Of a stretch of DNA of 64,000 nt, positions 63,361 through 64,000 are shown piece after piece. Both the position numbers and the translations under genes were made by a program. Position 1 is the first letter of the stretch. Each line of letters opens with the position of its first letter. Source of the stretch: a virus (taxonomy: Duplodnaviria > Caudoviricetes). The stretch is taken from positions 9,819 to 73,818 of the IMG/VR virus record IMGVR_UViG_3300020576_004709, one strand, 5' to 3'. Below the pieces are notes generated by a model. The model was given only the letters and a program-made list of their open reading frames with translations. It had not been told where the DNA came from and made no database searches.

Positions 63361-63650
63361 CGACCCGAGAAGTCGAAGCCGCAGCCGAGCACTATTACGA
63401 CTCGATGCAGGTCGAATACGAACGGCGGCGCTGTCCCGACCCCGACGATTTCGACGACCGCATCGGCGACCCGAAGGGCCGCGACGTCCTGCTCAAGAAC
63501 GGCCAGCGGGCCGAGATCCTCGCGACCGAGCGCAGCGACTACCGCGACGGCTCTTGGCACGCGCAGACCTTCGGCGACCAAGATTGGTTCGTCTGGCCCG
63601 ACGGCACGGTCCTGGACGACGACAACAACGAGGTCGGCAAGGTCGACTGA
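63357..63650 (+). CDS. small acidic hypothetical protein
   Basis: GGAG RBS; ATGA overlap. Confidence 0.65.
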   Translation: MTTREVEAAAEHYYDSMQVEYERRRCPDPDDFDDRIGDPKGRDVLLKNGQRAEILATERSDYRDGSWHAQTFGDQDWFVWPDGTVLDDDNNEVGKVD

Positions 63651-63681
63651 TTCCCCCACCCCAAGCGAGCGAGCATCGAAC

Positions 63682-63912
63682 ATGGAAATCAATTTCCCGC
63701 CCGAGCACGTCGCGGCGATGAAGGAGAAGAACCCCGGCCAATGGGAAATTGGCGACCGCGTCTTGATGAAATCGACGCTGGCCATCGGCACCATCCTCGG
63801 CATCTACCGCGAATGGTTCTGGATCGTCTTCGACGAGTCCGGCGGGATGCCGAACAACGTCACCGCGAAGCAACTGAGCTTCTACGCACCGAAGGAGGCC
63901 GCAAAGCCATGA
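63682..63912 (+). CDS. small SH3-like hypothetical protein
   Basis: WEIGDRVLMK...GTILGIYREWFWIVFD. Confidence 0.65.
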   Translation: MEINFPPEHVAAMKEKNPGQWEIGDRVLMKSTLAIGTILGIYREWFWIVFDESGGMPNNVTAKQLSFYAPKEAAKP

Positions 63913-64000
63913 TGATCGTCTCCATCGCCCTGCCCGCGAACTACCTCGCCCCGACACCGCCGCCCGGCTGGATTCTCGCGCAGGTCGAAATCTGCTGCGA
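63909..64000 (+). CDS. hypothetical protein, truncated by the window end
   Basis: GGAGG RBS, ATGA overlap, MMIVSIALPANYL..., open to the end. Confidence 0.5.
   Translation, partial: MMIVSIALPANYLAPTPPPGWILAQVEICC

Noticed and set aside
1-64000. Integrase, att site, terminal repeats, reverse transcriptase/DGR, contractile sheath
   Set aside because: None recognised in the window, so lifestyle and genome ends cannot be called

Overview
The window is almost entirely one GC-rich dsDNA tailed-phage (or prophage) genome segment, siphovirus-like with a Mu/lambda-type head. Host is inferred to be a planctomycete (Flp pilin, secreted-protein families, CsrA). No integrase, host genes, rRNA or CRISPR array were seen. 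From left to right: (1) 1-7.4 kb, leftward early/replication operon (HD hydrolase, DUF1376 initiator with internal iteron-like repeats, RecT, YqaJ exonuclease). (2) 8.0-11.8 kb, rightward island with an XRE HTH regulator, tRNA-Pro, an atypical tRNA-His, three tandem Y-RNA-like genes and a Ro60/Rsr TROVE protein. (3) 11.8-25.4 kb, accessory, lysis-position and tail-distal genes (papain-like protease, membrane and secreted proteins, LamG-repeat protein, Flp pilin, two GT2 enzymes, LMW phosphatase). (4) 25.4-42.8 kb, tail and head genes (Thr/Cys-rich mucin-like protein, a two-gene block on the opposite strand, tape measure, chaperone pair with a slippery site, tube, major capsid, protease/scaffold, MuF). 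(5) 42.8-53.3 kb, a 3502-aa ORF fusing the portal to ParB-like, adenine-MTase and SNF2 helicase domains, with a nested gene. (6) 53.4-53.9 kb, helically phased repeats and a roughly 370-nt highly structured orphan RNA candidate. (7) 54-61.7 kb, exonuclease, CsrA, C5 MTase and terminases. (8) 62-64 kb, small rightward early genes. Best leads: the Ro60 plus three Y RNA locus including a circularly permuted tRNA-shaped Y RNA, the portal-DarB-like giant fusion, and the orphan structured RNA. All family calls come from recognising motifs by eye; no searches were run.
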